DNA of 63,965 bases, counting the filler, from Blastocystis sp. subtype 4 (taxonomy: Eukaryota), in the NCBI RefSeq assembly GCF_000743755.1. It is 9 parts of 9 records of this genome, joined end to end, with 100 filler letters (N's around TTAATTAATTAA, not from the genome) between each part and the next. Parts side by side here need not be neighbours in the genome. Positions count along the whole stretch, not along the records: positions 23,186 to 30,530 come from NW_014569145.1; positions 30,631 to 37,854 come from NW_014569144.1; positions 37,955 to 45,170 come from NW_014569143.1; 6 more parts are not named here. The stretch is one strand, 5' to 3'. The notes under the pieces are model-generated. The model searched no databases. It saw nothing but the letters and a program-made list of their open reading frames with translations, and had not been told where the DNA came from. Positions 25,715 through 38,437 of this stretch are shown here, piece after piece (the stretch's first letter is position 1; each line of letters begins with the position of its first letter). Both the position numbers and the translations under genes were made by a program.

Positions 25715-27276
25715 AACTAGTACTGTATCTCATGTCAGTAACGAAGGTTTCAAAAGTTCTTCATATCAGCAATATTACACACAACATCTCTCGTGTACGT
25801 TTTGAAGTGTAATTATTAAGAATTAGTTTGATATTCTGGATGAAATTGAGAAATTATGTCCTGTAAAGCAAGTTTTCATTCTTCGTCCGAACAATCAGGT
25901 AAAGAGTAAAAGAGAAGATTGAAGTAAAGGCACTTGTTGAATTGGGAAGTGAGAAGGACGCAGAAATGGTTTCGAACTATTTTCAAATCCACAAGCTTGT
26001 GATTTTAGGAAACGAAGTGAGTATCAAGTTCTCTCGTTATGATCATCTTGTACGTCCCGAAGAACAATCAGGCTTTCAATGTGTTCTTTTGGTGTCTATT
26101 ATCTGTCGTGATAACTCGACTCTCTCTCTTCGTCATTTTTATTCTGTTTGATATGATGTAGTTATGATGATTGTAGATCTGTAGAAAGTACGGTTCAGTA
26201 GAACGAATTCGTATGTTCATTCATCACCTCAAGCTTTGGTTCAATACTCCCATCTGTATGATAGTATTCGCGCAAAAGGAGAACTTGAGAAGTTTACGTT
26301 TATGTTGGGCAGTCGTCGGTATGCGTTTGAAGTTCAGTTCTCCAAGTTGAAGGAACTCGTGATTCATAAGAACAACAACTATAGTCGTGATTTCAGACTG
26401 TATCCAATTCAGATTGAAGAATCAAAGGGAAGTTTCAATAATTGCGCTGAGATGCCTGAAGGCAATCTTCATCGAGGTTTCTCTCAGAGTTCTGGTAGTG
26501 ATGAATTGGATGTCCATTGTTTATCGTCCTCGTCCACTGCTTCGGAGACAGTTGAGAATGAGTCTTTTGCCTCTATGAATGGTAGTCCTTGTCTTCAGGA
26601 GTCAGTTCATGACTTTGCTGATCAAGTTTCTGTTCACAGCTGTGTTCGTCAGGATTCAGGTCGTGGATTGATTGGTCAGGATCACAGTTCTCTCTATTCA
26701 GGTGTGAGTCAGTTCCGTCAGATGGTGGGTGGTTATAATTCTTCTTTGAGGAATGACAATGGATTCGGAATCCATTCTTCAGATCTTGGATATAATACTG
26801 TGAACCATCTTCCTTATCATAATGATTATGGTCTTACTGATATGACTGATCAATCTACCTTCTCTCTCTTTCATCAACACTCATCATATCATCATGATTC
26901 TGATCTCTCTCTCAATGAAAATGGTCTACACACAGATCATTCTTCCACTTTCCCTAAAGAAGATTCGTTTGCTCTCTCTTCAACTATGGGTTTCAATAGT
27001 CATTCATCTCGATTCACTTCTGGATATAATGCAGTCCGTAAGTATGTGTTGAGTGGCTTCCGTCGACAACTCCCAATTAGTGATTTGGTGGATCTGTTAT
27101 ATGGCATTGATATCAAATATGCAGAGTACATGACAGAGTGCTCAGGTGAATATGCTGTGATTGTTTTTGGAAGGTCTGAATGGAGTGATGCAATGTTGAC
27201 TAGTTATCTCAATAGTAACCCTGTGGAAGGACGTACTATTCGTTTGCGTGGTCCAAGTGAAGTACTTTCTCAATAA
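25715..27276 (+). CDS. PTB/hnRNP L-like RRM protein (start uncertain)
   Basis: SKVLHISNI, QALVEL..A, VSIKFSRY, QALVQY..., FEVQFSKLKEL..NNNYSRDF resemble PTB RRM1/RRM2. Confidence 0.75.
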
Positions 27277-27428
27277 GAATCACTCCTCCTTATCTCCATT
27301 CTTCTCTATTCAGGTTTGCATTCTTTACTACTTTGTTCATGTCTTTGTTTTAATCAATCCTTATTGAACTTCGTTAATCCATTACTCTAATCTTCTTATT
27401 ACTCTAAAACCAACCTAATACAGATTTC

Positions 27429-28190
27429 ATGGGCAACTCTTTATCATCATCAATCTATGCATTTCTTCAGTATCTTGGACTGTATTCAAAGGAGGCAACA
27501 ATAGCGGTCATTGGTATGATCATCATTGTCATGTCATATAGGCTTGGATAATGCAGGGAAAACGACTCTACTATACCGTTTTCTTCATGATAAATTGATT
27601 CAAATGGCTCCATCTCTCGTTTGTTTGCAAAAGGTAGACTCACTAATAGCATATTAATGAAGAATGTTTTACACATGGAGGAATCTCTATTAAAGCATAT
27701 GATATTGTTGGACAAGAGGTTGTGATTCAAAGTACCCCTGATGAATAGCCAATTCATTTGTTATGGAAACGTGTCTCCAACAATATAGATGCTGGTATGT
27801 CTGTTGATGGATTATAATCTAGTCCTTTATCTTGTTGATGCTGCAGATAGTGCTCGATTTAACGAAGTGAAGGCGGTAATTATAAGTTGGACATTGATAG
27901 AATAGGAATTAGAATATCTTAGTTCCTTGGAAGAAATGCAGACTCTTCCTTTTGGGCTTCTTTTAAACAAATCTGATTTACCAGTCCTTGAGAGTGTATT
28001 TTGTTACATGTAGAACCAGTATACTCGTGAGCAAATCCTTGAAATGATCGGAGCAAGTGTAGTACTAGATAAGAATGATCGCACATACGTTTAGAATTGA
28101 ATATGATAATAATTTTAGGTGTTTCAAACCTCGGTACTCAATCGAGACAGTGTTGTCTCCGTGTTCAATTGGCTCGTTTCTGTCCTGTAG
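27429..28190 (+). CDS. Divergent Sar1/Arf-family small GTPase
   Basis: Not in the ORF track; spliced MGNSLS..YLGLYSKEATIAVIGLDNAGKTTLL..PSLHINEE..YDIVGQE..YLVDAAD..RF..LLLNKSDL..FQTSV..FNWL. Confidence 0.85.
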
Positions 28191-28432
28191 ATTAGTTGCT
28201 TATTATCCTGTTTGTTGGCGGATTGTAATGTCATCAGAATCTTTTTAGTAGAATGAATACATTGCTCAAACTGAAGAAGGTTGGAAAGGAAAAAGGGGCT
28301 GTAGAGCAAAGTTTGGATGTTCTCAGACAACAAGCACTGGAAGACTTTGATACGAATTTGACTAGTTCAGATGATGGGATGTTGGAGACACTAAATGGGA
28401 TTTAGTATCTAGATCAAACAAAAGTGAAGAAA

Positions 28433-30390
28433 ATGACCAAGTCGAAAACGGTACGGTTTCGAGGGGAAAGGTGAATACTTCTTCGATTTGTAAGTGATTT
28501 GAATTTGAAATTTGACTGTGTAGTGGGTATTAGAGGGTTATGGATGCTTTATGAAATAGACATGTTAGGAGGCGTAAGTAACGGCGTAGCTGTTGAGAAA
28601 ATGGATACACCAGTAGCAGACAATGAATCGTTAGTATTTATGATAGAAATGATAATTAGTGAATTGTTATCACAAATTCTTGGTGGAGCTGATGGTATCA
28701 GTCCTGTTCCTCATGATCATGAGACTTCTGGAATTGTTGACTTGGTGAATTGTTATAATATCTAGCAAACGTCACCTAAGGAAATGGATACCTCAGATAA
28801 TTCCATTTTCAAAATGATTACACCCATGGCTGATCCAGTTACTCCAGCGTCATTAGCAACCCCTCTCATGGATATAATAGAAGACAACGATCATTCTATT
28901 ATAGAGAAACAAAAGAATCCAGTCACACGTCCTCTCATGTACAAGATGTCAACCGAAGTATCTCCTTCACGCGGAGAGTCTGTTGATCTTCTGGACCTTC
29001 TTGGACAATCAGAGAATGTAGCATCCGAAGGAAGCAACTTGCCATCTAGTGATGAAGTGATTTCTCAGCCTGTCGCTCCTAAAGTTGTTAAGCCTGTAAA
29101 ACCAACCTTAAAGGTCGCCTCAAGAGTTCCGCTACGCAATGCACCCAAGCCAGGAGTAAGACCGAAAGTGGTGAAAGTGGTAAATGACAAGCCAGTAGCG
29201 AAATCTGTCACAGAAGCACCGAAGACACCTCTCAAGAACACTACGAAGGATTCTACGGTCTCTCACCATGTCACAATCAACTCTGAACCTCATCCTGCCG
29301 AACCAAAACCTGTTCTTGTGAAGCAAACGGTGATGGTGAAGGAACCAGTAAGTGAGACCGTTTCAATGGAGACACTCCAAAGTATGGTAGGTGTAAAGAG
29401 ATGACTTGAGTGAAGATCGCTGAGAACAACGCGATGTTGCTTCAGAAGATGAGTGAGCAGTTGAACGAGACGATGACTCTTAATCAGCAAGTGAAGCAAG
29501 CGATGGAGGTACAATTAACTCGATTCCAGAACCAGCTTCAGGAGGAATTGGAAGCGTTCAAAACCGAAACAGAGATGGAAGTGAAGAAGCAGTAAATGTG
29601 ATGGCTAGGTATGATGTAGATTACAAGCAATTGCAACAAATGCATCACAATTGAAGAGTGCTAATGCAGAGACGGTAAAATCAATTCAACAGAGTATTGA
29701 GAGAGTGGTTCATTCCAGTCTTCGAGAGGAAGTAATTCCTCGTTTGGAGTCAATGGCTGGAGAGATGCGTCAAAGTGTTGTGGAATATGTGACTTCATTC
29801 CAAGTAAACAGTGGTGACTTGCAGATGGTTAAGCAATGTGTGGAATCAATGCATGATGAGGTCCAAGAGATGAGAGTAATGATCCAAAATATGCAAACTG
29901 AACCAACTACATGTTCATCTTCCGAACTACGAGAGAGTGATGTGGATGAATTGATTTCTGAAGGAAAGATTAATGAGTTAATCATGCAGTTGGGTCATTC
30001 AAAGGATCAGCAACTTGTCATGTATACTTTAGATCAGATGGTAGCCAATGAGATTGATTTGATGGATGGAGTTGAACCTGGACTATTAATTACGCTTGCT
30101 TATCTGGTAAAGGATTGATAGAATATATGATTACTAGGTTGTTATTGATATGGATGATATGGCAACCAAACGAATTGCTCATCTGCAAATGATTATGCTC
30201 TCTTTATTCTTTGATTGGGATAATAAATCAGAGGATGAAATGTTATTGAAGGAGAGTTATGTATCATTGATTCATGAAATTGTGAATACTCTGGAAGCCT
30301 ATTTAGAACGTGAAGATGTGGAAGTGTCAGTGAATGATAAGAGGAGAATACTGCGTATTGTAAAGAAACTTCGTCAAATGGTTTCAATGT
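28433..30390 (+). CDS. Coiled-coil protein with EDC4/Ge-1-like C-terminal domain; stop completed by poly(A)
   Basis: LISEGKINE...SKDQQLVMYTL...PGLLITLAYL..D...KRIAHLQ aligns by eye to the Ge-1 C-terminal helical domain; start approximate. Confidence 0.55.
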
Positions 30391-30394
30391 GGTG

Positions 30395-30402
30395 TGTTTG
30401 TT
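30395..30402 (+). terminator. TGTTTGTT polyadenylation motif (predicted cleavage after T30390)
   Basis: Same geometry as 18031. Confidence 0.8.
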
Positions 30403-30435
30403 AAGAAACAGATCAAAATGACAAAGTATATTTCC

Positions 30436-30530
30436 TTAATACATTCCTCCCATTCCTTGAGGCATGGCAGGAGCAGCAGGTTCCTTACTAGGCTTATCAG
30501 CAATCATGCATTCTGTAGTGGTCATAAGAG
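30436..30530 (-). CDS. HSP60: Chaperonin Cpn60/Hsp60, C-terminal fragment
   Basis: [33 protein letters not shown]. Confidence 0.88.
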
Positions 30531-30630
30531 NNNNNNNNNNNNNNNNNNNNNNNNNNNNNNNNNNNNNNNNNNNNTTAATTAATTAANNNNNNNNNNNNNN
30601 NNNNNNNNNNNNNNNNNNNNNNNNNNNNNN
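30531..30630. other. Artificial contig linker
   Basis: N44-TTAATTAATTAA-N44. Confidence 0.98.
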
Positions 30631-31031
30631 AATCACTGACTATGCTCAACACTCTCTTGGTGATATTGTTTACATTGAACTTCCTGAGGTTGGAAGCACC
30701 ATCAAGGCTGGGTATTGTTTCATTCTACTTCTGAATCTAGAGATTCCTTCTCTTCTGTTGAATCTGTGAAGGCTGCTTCAGATGCTTTCTGTCCTGCTAC
30801 TGGAAAGGTCCTTGAAGTGAATACTGTACTTATCTTTGTTAGTTTTGAGTATAGGCTCTTTCTGAGACTCCTTCTATTGTGAACGAATCTCCTATGGAGA
30901 AGGGATGGTTCATGAAGTTGGAGGTAGTTTCTTATTTATTTGATGAGTTTTAGCTTTCAAATCCTGATGAGCTGAAGAGTTTGATGGATAAGGCTTCTTA
31001 TGATAAGTTCTGCAAAGAAGCTGAACATTAA
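30631..31031 (+). CDS. GCSH: Glycine cleavage system H protein (5' truncated)
   Basis: [21 protein letters not shown]...VESVKAASD (lipoyl Lys)...[11 protein letters not shown]; three introns. Confidence 0.95.
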
Positions 31032-31095
31032 GTCAATTGATTGTTCGCATTTGTGAACTATGTGTTTCTTAGATAACAAGATAATATACAGATCA

Positions 31096-32224
31096 CTAAA
31101 GTTCTTCTTCGAGAAGGCAGTTCTTCTCTACCAGCTTTGATACAATCTCCTGGAGAAGAGTACTCGCATGAGGAACATCAAGAAGAAGCTCAGGTAAACC
31201 CTTCTTGACACGTCGAATTCCTAATATCAGTTGGTGATGAGGGACAACCTCTCGTTTACAAGCTTCAGCTAGTAACGAGACAGCAAGTTCCTGTCGCCTT
31301 GCATTTCCATCCATTGCAATCTCAATCACCTTCTTCACAAACTCATGCATGTAGTATGGGGAATGCAGTTCATCCATACAGCGCAGACACTACCCATTAT
31401 CTTCTCATCTCATCGTCACTTCATCAATATCATGACAGGAGAAATACTCTGTGATGGCATCACGTACCAGTTGCTTCATCACATTCAATTCATCGAGGCT
31501 TGCTGCTCCCGCTCCCCAGACGTGTTCCAGAAGTTCCAAAGAATGGGGAACGTTAAGGAGATCCTCTGCGCCACGAAGTACATCTGCACCAAAACGCTTC
31601 AGAATATGGCTTTCCAAAATTCGTGGCGGAAACACTTCATCTGCGATTGCTCGAGCCAAAAATCGGCTCAAATACTACACTTCAACGAACAGACTTTCAC
31701 TCACTTCCTTCACGTTGGGACAATCCAGTTGCAAATCGCCAATCCGTTCAAAGGTTCGTTCAAAACCCTTTTCGAGTGCGAATGCAGACAACACTCTTCC
31801 ACTTCCAACAGCGAAGAAACGAGACACTAACTCACGTTCTCGGCTTTCACGATCCAAAGATAATGAAATCGCACGCATTACTGCTTCATAACCGAACAAC
31901 GGGGCATCCAATTCTTCAATACAGCTATTGGTGACCTGTATCTCCTAGTACCCACTGAATCAACTCCATCACATCATTCGTAAGGAAATACTCACGTAGT
32001 GCCTCATCGATCTGCATCTTATACTCTTCGAGAGATACTGATTCATCAATCGATGACATTTGGGCCATTGGACTCTCGAAACTCTCAACATCCTATCACT
32101 CAATTATTAAAATCATACAAACAGTCGAGTATCCAGAATCAGTTCTAGCTGGAGACAATGTATGTTCAGCTTCCGAGGGAGAAAGTGAATTGACATCGAA
32201 ACAAGCTTGATGTATCTTGTTCAT
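31096..32224 (-). CDS. MA3-domain protein (PDCD4-like)
   Basis: Two MA3 repeats: EYFLTND.., DLQLDCP, FLARAIADE, HEFVKKVI, ELLLDVPHA. Confidence 0.85.
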
Positions 32225-32454
32225 TCGCTCTATGGATTTCTCTATCCGATCAATACCAAATCCATCAAGTTACGCGACAAATGACTGCTATATTGTCTCT
32301 CCATCGTTATATCGTGAGTATCTTTACAGATAATGGAAGAAAAAAGCTAATTTCACTGACAAAATAAATCGGACAACCTTTTAATGGAACAAACGTCCAA
32401 AAAAGAATCCTTCCATAGTGTTCTGAAATGAACAGGGATGAAGATTAACACAAA

Positions 32455-32527
32455 TCCCATATAGTCTAATTGGTTAGGATAGCAGGCTCTCACCCTGCCG
32501 ATCCGGGTTCGATTCCCGGTGTGGGAA
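32455..32527 (+). tRNA. tRNA-Glu (anticodon CTC)
   Basis: TCCCATA/TGTGGGA acceptor stem, GCAGG-CT-CTC-AC-CCTGC anticodon arm, GGTTCGATTCC T-loop, downstream T-run. Confidence 0.95.
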
Positions 32528-32610
32528 TTCTTTTCTATATAAACTCATTTCATTCTAATTTACAAATAGTGTTATTGCTATGAGATAAAAGAAAGGTAAA
32601 ACCAAAAAAG

Positions 32611-32683
32611 CGCCGAGAAGGTGGATCGAACACCTGACCTTATGATCTTCAGTCATACGCTCTCCCAACTGAGCTATCTTGGC
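32611..32683 (-). tRNA. tRNA-Phe (anticodon GAA)
   Basis: GCCAAGATAGCTCAGTTGGGAGAGCG-TATGA-CTGAAGA-TCATA-AGGTCAGGTGTTCGATCCACCT-TCTCGGC; T-run terminator. Confidence 0.95.
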
Positions 32684-32747
32684 TACACTTGGTTTTCTTC
32701 TCTCCATTATTCAAACTACAATCGTACTCATTGTCATTAGACAAAAC

Positions 32748-34923
32748 ATGAAGTGTAGAACCTGGAGAATTGATGATGTCGTGGACATCACCAGAAACAA
32801 TCTCAACAATTTCAACCCTGAGCCCATCACTATTCCAGCTGTAAGCTTATGTGCTTGCTCTCACAATAGCTATTCCGAAAGAACTGTGCCGCGTGGGGTG
32901 ACTGGCCAGCTGTTGTTAGCAAGGAGGACGAGACTTATTCCTACAAGGACTATTACAATGAGTCCATGAAGTACAATTGCATCTATTGAATATTCCCTAG
33001 ATTTGCAAAGTCTTTGTTGAAACTTGGATTGAATCCTCATGAGGTGTGTGCAATGATTGGTTTTAACTCTCCTGAGTACTACTTTAGTCTTCAGGGAACT
33101 TGGATGGCTGGTTGTGTAACTGCAGGTATCTATACAACAAATTCTCCGGAGGCGTGTGAATATGTCCTCACTCATTCCGAGTCCAGAGTCTGTGTGTGCC
33201 AGAGCGGAAAGTCAGCTATGAAGATTCTTTCAATTCGCGACAATCTTCCTCTCTTAAAGGCCATTGTTATCTATTGGCCTGAAGACGAAATGCCTGAAGT
33301 CGAAGACAAGGAAGGAGTGAATCTGATCTTTTCACATCATCCATAGGTTGCCAAGGTCTATCGTTGGGATGACTTCCTGAAACTGGGTGAATCCATCGAG
33401 GAAGCTGAGGTAGATAAGAGAATCGATGCAATTGTTCCAGGAAATTGTGCTACTCTGATCTATACCTCAGGTACCACTGTATGCTGATTCTCAAGAATGA
33501 TGAGAGTAGGGAAATCCGAAGGGTGTGATGTGTTCTCACGATGGTTGTACGTTCAATGCTCAGAATGTTCGTTACCTCCTTCAATTGAATGATGAAGATA
33601 GGTTTGTCTCATTCTTACCAATGAACCATATTGCTGCTCAATATGTCGATACAATGATCCCTGTAGCAAATCGGATTACCATGTACTTAGCCAGACCTGA
33701 TGCATTGCGAGGTTCTCTTGTTGCTACTTTGCGAAAAGCGAGACCCACATTCTTTGTAGCAGTCCCTCGTGTGTATGAAAAGTTCATGGAAGCAATTCGA
33801 GCGAAAAACTCGCAAGCCCCTGTAATTCCAAAAATAGGAGGTATTATTGTCTAGTATTGGAAACAGTATTTGATCTCTTGGATCGAATATATCGGTCTAA
33901 ATGCCTGTAAAACCCGTCAATTTGGTCAAACCTTTTATCCTCCCTATTTTTACAGTCTTGCAAAGAAGTTGGGCTTTGACACAGTAAAAGAGAGTTTGGG
34001 TTTGGACAAGTTAGCATAGTCCCTGAAAATGATGAATAGAACCCGCCTTTGTATTGTCTCAGCAGCTCCTGTAACAGATGAGACGATCAACTTCTTTGCT
34101 TCATATGACTTCCCAATCTATGATCTGTTGGGACAGAGTGAAGGAACAGCACCCATCTGTTCTAACACTTTTGTAGATCAACAATGGAAGGTAGAAATAG
34201 AATGAGAGAATGAAAAAGTAGATAGGAACCGTAGGTCGACCTTTACGAGGAGTGGAAGTACGTGTAGATCCAGATAACGGAGAGTTCATGTATCGTGGTC
34301 GTAATGTGATGATGGGGTATATTAGTTGAAACGGGTTAATAACCAGATATCTGAAGGCAGAGAAGGAAACAATGAATGCAATTGATAGTGAAGGATGGCT
34401 ACATAGTGGAGATCAGGCTGTGATTGATGAGGATGGGTTTGTGAAGATAACTGGTCGTCTGAAGGAACTCATCGTAACTGCTGGAGGTGAGAATGTATCA
34501 CCTGTTCCTATTGAGAATAAAATTATCGAACTGTGTCCTTTGATTGCCAATTGTGTGGTGGTGGGAGATAAACGCAAATTCTTATCGTGTCTGATATCAC
34601 TGAAGACTGAAGTCGATCCAATCACTGGCGAACCTTCTACGACTCTCGCTTCCTCTGTGATTGCTAAGCTGAAGGAACAAGGATCCTCTGCAACAACCCT
34701 TGCAGAAGCTGCTACGGATCCTGTGGTGAAGAAGTTGATTGACGCTGCTGTAGATGGTTACAACAAGGTTTCAGTCTCGCGTGCTCAGCAGATTCGTAAA
34801 TGGGTCTTGATGGATCGTGATTTGTCTCTGGGTCATGGTGAGTTGACTGCTACCTTGAAGATGAAGAGAAATGTGGTTCATGAACACTACATTAGTCAGA
34901 TCAATAAGATGTATGAAGAATAA
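32748..34923 (+). CDS. Long-chain acyl-CoA synthetase (bubblegum/ACSBG-like)
   Basis: IYTSGTTGNPKGVM, SFLPMNHIAAQ, GQSE, EGWLHSGD, GRLKELIVTAGGENV, GELTATLKMKR. Confidence 0.93.
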
Positions 34924-34936
34924 ACATGTTTCATTT

Positions 34937-37712
34937 CTAAACACTCTTACATCGCTTTGGAATTGTATCTGGATTAGCATAGAGATTCCCAACTTCAATA
35001 TGAGTAATCTTTTCAGCTAATTGAAGTGAACTTAGACTTGATCTATTCATCATTAGTTTCTATGGATCTTACGAATAGTCTCGTTGAGTAGGACTCACAT
35101 GAACTAACACAAGATTCTTTGATTGACCACCTAAACAATCCTATTTGATAAATCCACTATTCTAATCTCACTTTCAACATCATTGTTAGTTTACTATTAC
35201 GATAACTAACGACTTTATTTGGAATTGTCAAATCACGGAGAACATTAGTCAATTCAAATAGACTTAAATTTATATTCTGTGCTTCTTTCTTCCTCTCATT
35301 CTGTACTTCACTCCGTTTCAGATTCTCACTTCCAGCCAAGTCCACCAATGTTAATTTTGCCATTTTCTTCATATCGTTATACAAATGGAATGTCACTAGG
35401 AGATGTGATCGACTACTCTTCTCATTCATTTTTGTCTCTGCTGTAGTACGGAGCTTCATTCCTTCCATCAATCGATCATGAACTTCTTCTTCAGTATGAA
35501 CTTCTAATTCACTCAAATAGTTACCTCCATAAGTAGCAATATTCACTTCAATTGCATTCTGAAGCAAATCATGTGCTACTTCTCCATACAATTCACATAC
35601 ACTGATCTATCCTCATAGTATAATACAATCATTACTTTGAGACTATAGTTTGCGTCTGTTCGATATGTCAACTCATCAAATATTGTGTGAACACTCCGAT
35701 AAACAATCCCAGAGTATCCCTTCTCCCCTATCATTGTGTATGTTTTTCCTGATCCTGTTTGACCATAGGCAAGTACACATGCATTGATCCCTCTGAAGAT
35801 GGACATTATCACTGGTTCAACTTCAATAAACACATCTTCTTGAGATGTCGTTGAACCAAAAACACGATCAAATGTGAACAGTTTTGATATATCTTTATCA
35901 TTGGTTAGTTTGACTTGATATTCATTGCTAACAGTGATACTTGAGATGCGACAATGATCTATTGGAAGAATAGGTCGAGTTCGAATCATTACTCGATAGT
36001 TCCCTTTGTAATTCTGAATCTCATCTCGTAACAGAGCAATCTGATGACGATAATCAGATTGATGCTCATCCAGAACCGTATAGTGGTTCAATAGTGATTC
36101 TACTTCTGTTGATAACCAAGTCATGATGGAAGATTGCTGGGTTGAGAGATCAGAATACACACTCTGAAGTCCTGATCGTAGTGAACTGAGTTCCGTATGA
36201 AGCTGTGTGGACAGTTGTTGGCTTTGTTGCTGAACAGAGGAGATGAGGTTGGAGTAAGTATTTTGGAGGTGTTGGAGTTGATTCGTCTTCTCTTCTAATT
36301 GAGACTGAACCTGAATAAGTTCTTCCATCTGACTTTCTGATGATAACTGAGAGTTGCATTCAGACAGGTGTAGACCACGAGCTAACTCATCACACTTCTT
36401 CCTCAATTCATCTCTCTCACTAATTACCAATTGTAACTGATCATTCTGATGTGCGATGATCTCATTCTTCTGATGTAAGGATTGCTGTAGGGTTTCCATT
36501 ACCTTCTTCAACTGTTCTACACAACTCCAATTCTCATCGGAGATTTCACCATAAGAAGACACACTCAGAGGCTGTGATGCATTTAACTGAGCTGTAAGTT
36601 CACCTTGTGAACGTTGCAAGGATAAGACTTCTCGATTCAATTGTTCAATTACTGATTGATACATGGTGATTGTATCATTGGATACTGGAGCTGATAATGA
36701 CAAAAAACGAGGGGTTTCTTGCTGATGCAAATGCTCTCGTATCTCACGCAATTCCAATTCTTTCTTTTGCAATTCCTCTTTAAGTTCCCTAATATGAGCG
36801 GCATGTTGAGCTTCTCTGCTTGCATCCTGCTGCTTCAATTCACTCATACTCTTAACATAACAATTCACAGTTCGTAACTCCAGTTTGAGAGCACTGATTT
36901 GTTGATCTTTCATTTCTAATCATAATCCCATTACTGTGTTGTTACCATTCGCTTTTTGAAGCATCTCGACATCTTCTTGGGCTGTCTGTAGAGACATTTC
37001 CAAACGATGAATTTCATCATTTTGATGTGAACTGGAATCGACTTCATCTTCTGGGATGATGGTCTGCATCGATGGCTCTGGAATCGTAGCTTTATCTCTT
37101 CTTGTCAATGCAGCTACCAGAGAGTGATAGAATCGAGTTTGCTCTTCATTTGCCTGAGTCAAATCATGTATCCGCTGTAAGGCACCTTGAAGACTCATAT
37201 CCTCAACAACCTATAATTATAGACCGATCACGTACATACCAAGCCTTCGTAAGGATGTGAATACTGATTCCGAAGAATGGACAGTTCATCGTTCTTTGTA
37301 GCGATTATTCGCATGAACAGAGTTAATAAATCACGGAACATGATTACAATACGATGACTATCACTTGACAGAGAAGAATCGTTATCTTGTGTTGTATTGG
37401 AAAATTGTCTCATTACATCTCTGTTAATGAGTAAATGCAACTAGTTCTTACATCATTGTCTTGGATAATTCCTCTGACAATACGCTGTCGATATCCAAAC
37501 TATTACTAAGAATCCACAATTTAATTGTACTCATCATACGTATCATCAATATCAAATGAATCCTCCTGGGAGTCATATAATGAAGCCAACAAATCATCTG
37601 GTATCTTTAACAAATTGATCAACTGGACTATGACCTATCTATTAACCCAATCACTTTAGTTCACCTTCGTACAGGAGACAATGGATTTATCATAAGACTT
37701 TTCTTCTTCCAT
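34937..37712 (-). CDS. C-terminal motor kinesin (kinesin-14 family)
   Basis: Long coiled coil, then KGNYRVMIRTRP, FTFDRVF, AYGQTGSGKTYTM, NEKSSRSH, LVDLAGSE, YRNSKLT; start approximate. Confidence 0.92.
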
Positions 37713-37854
37713 GATCTTCTATACACTAGAACGATTTCCAGTATGGAAGAGCACGAATCTGTATTCTTACGGCAGTTGAAGCAAACTCGTCATGTGGCAC
37801 CTCAAATAGGAGACAGAATATCGGTTGATTTTATCATTTGATTTCAAATCAACG

Positions 37855-37954
37855 NNNNNNNNNNNNNNNNNNNNNNNNNNNNNNNNNNNNNNNNNNNNTT
37901 AATTAATTAANNNNNNNNNNNNNNNNNNNNNNNNNNNNNNNNNNNNNNNNNNNN
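37855..37954. other. Artificial contig linker
   Basis: N44-TTAATTAATTAA-N44. Confidence 0.98.
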
Positions 37955-38437
37955 GAATCTAGTCTTTGAATGAGTAATAGTAGTGATATTGAATACTGTT
38001 GTTTGAATGAAAGCAATTATGAGGTTTCTTTCTTGGATTGATAGTGAAAGCAACATGATCCTTCACTGTCTATTCTGAAACAATCCATTTCTCTTAGTAT
38101 TAACTGATTGAATGAATACAATAATGTATGTCCAAAGAATCCAGAATCTGTTTCAGAATAGAGAATGCATTTGAATACTCTGTCATTATTGGATGGATTC
38201 TTGGTGACCATTAGATGCCTCTGTAGCTTAGGAGGAGAGTGATATTGAGCATTCTACATCTCTCCTGAACTCAAAAGACATTGATGTTGACTACTATTCC
38301 GTTAAGTATTGAATATGACCATTTTCATCCTTCGAAATACAATCAGCAATTAACCTCAAGTATCATGAAAAGAGAGCTTAGTATGACCACAATCAGGCTA
38401 ATGTGACTAAGACTAGATTGTTAAAATACTTCATCAA

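Noticed and set aside
27619..27649. GTTTGTTTG motif-like sequence inside the GTPase gene
   Set aside because: It is the 5' end of a 31-nt intron, not a gene end
30436..31031. Apparent adjacency of organellar genes Hsp60 and GCSH
   Set aside because: Separated by a linker; they are on different contigs
37955..38260. Minus-strand fragment that may be a seventh member of the GT cluster
   Set aside because: Truncated by the contig end with no diagnostic motif visible
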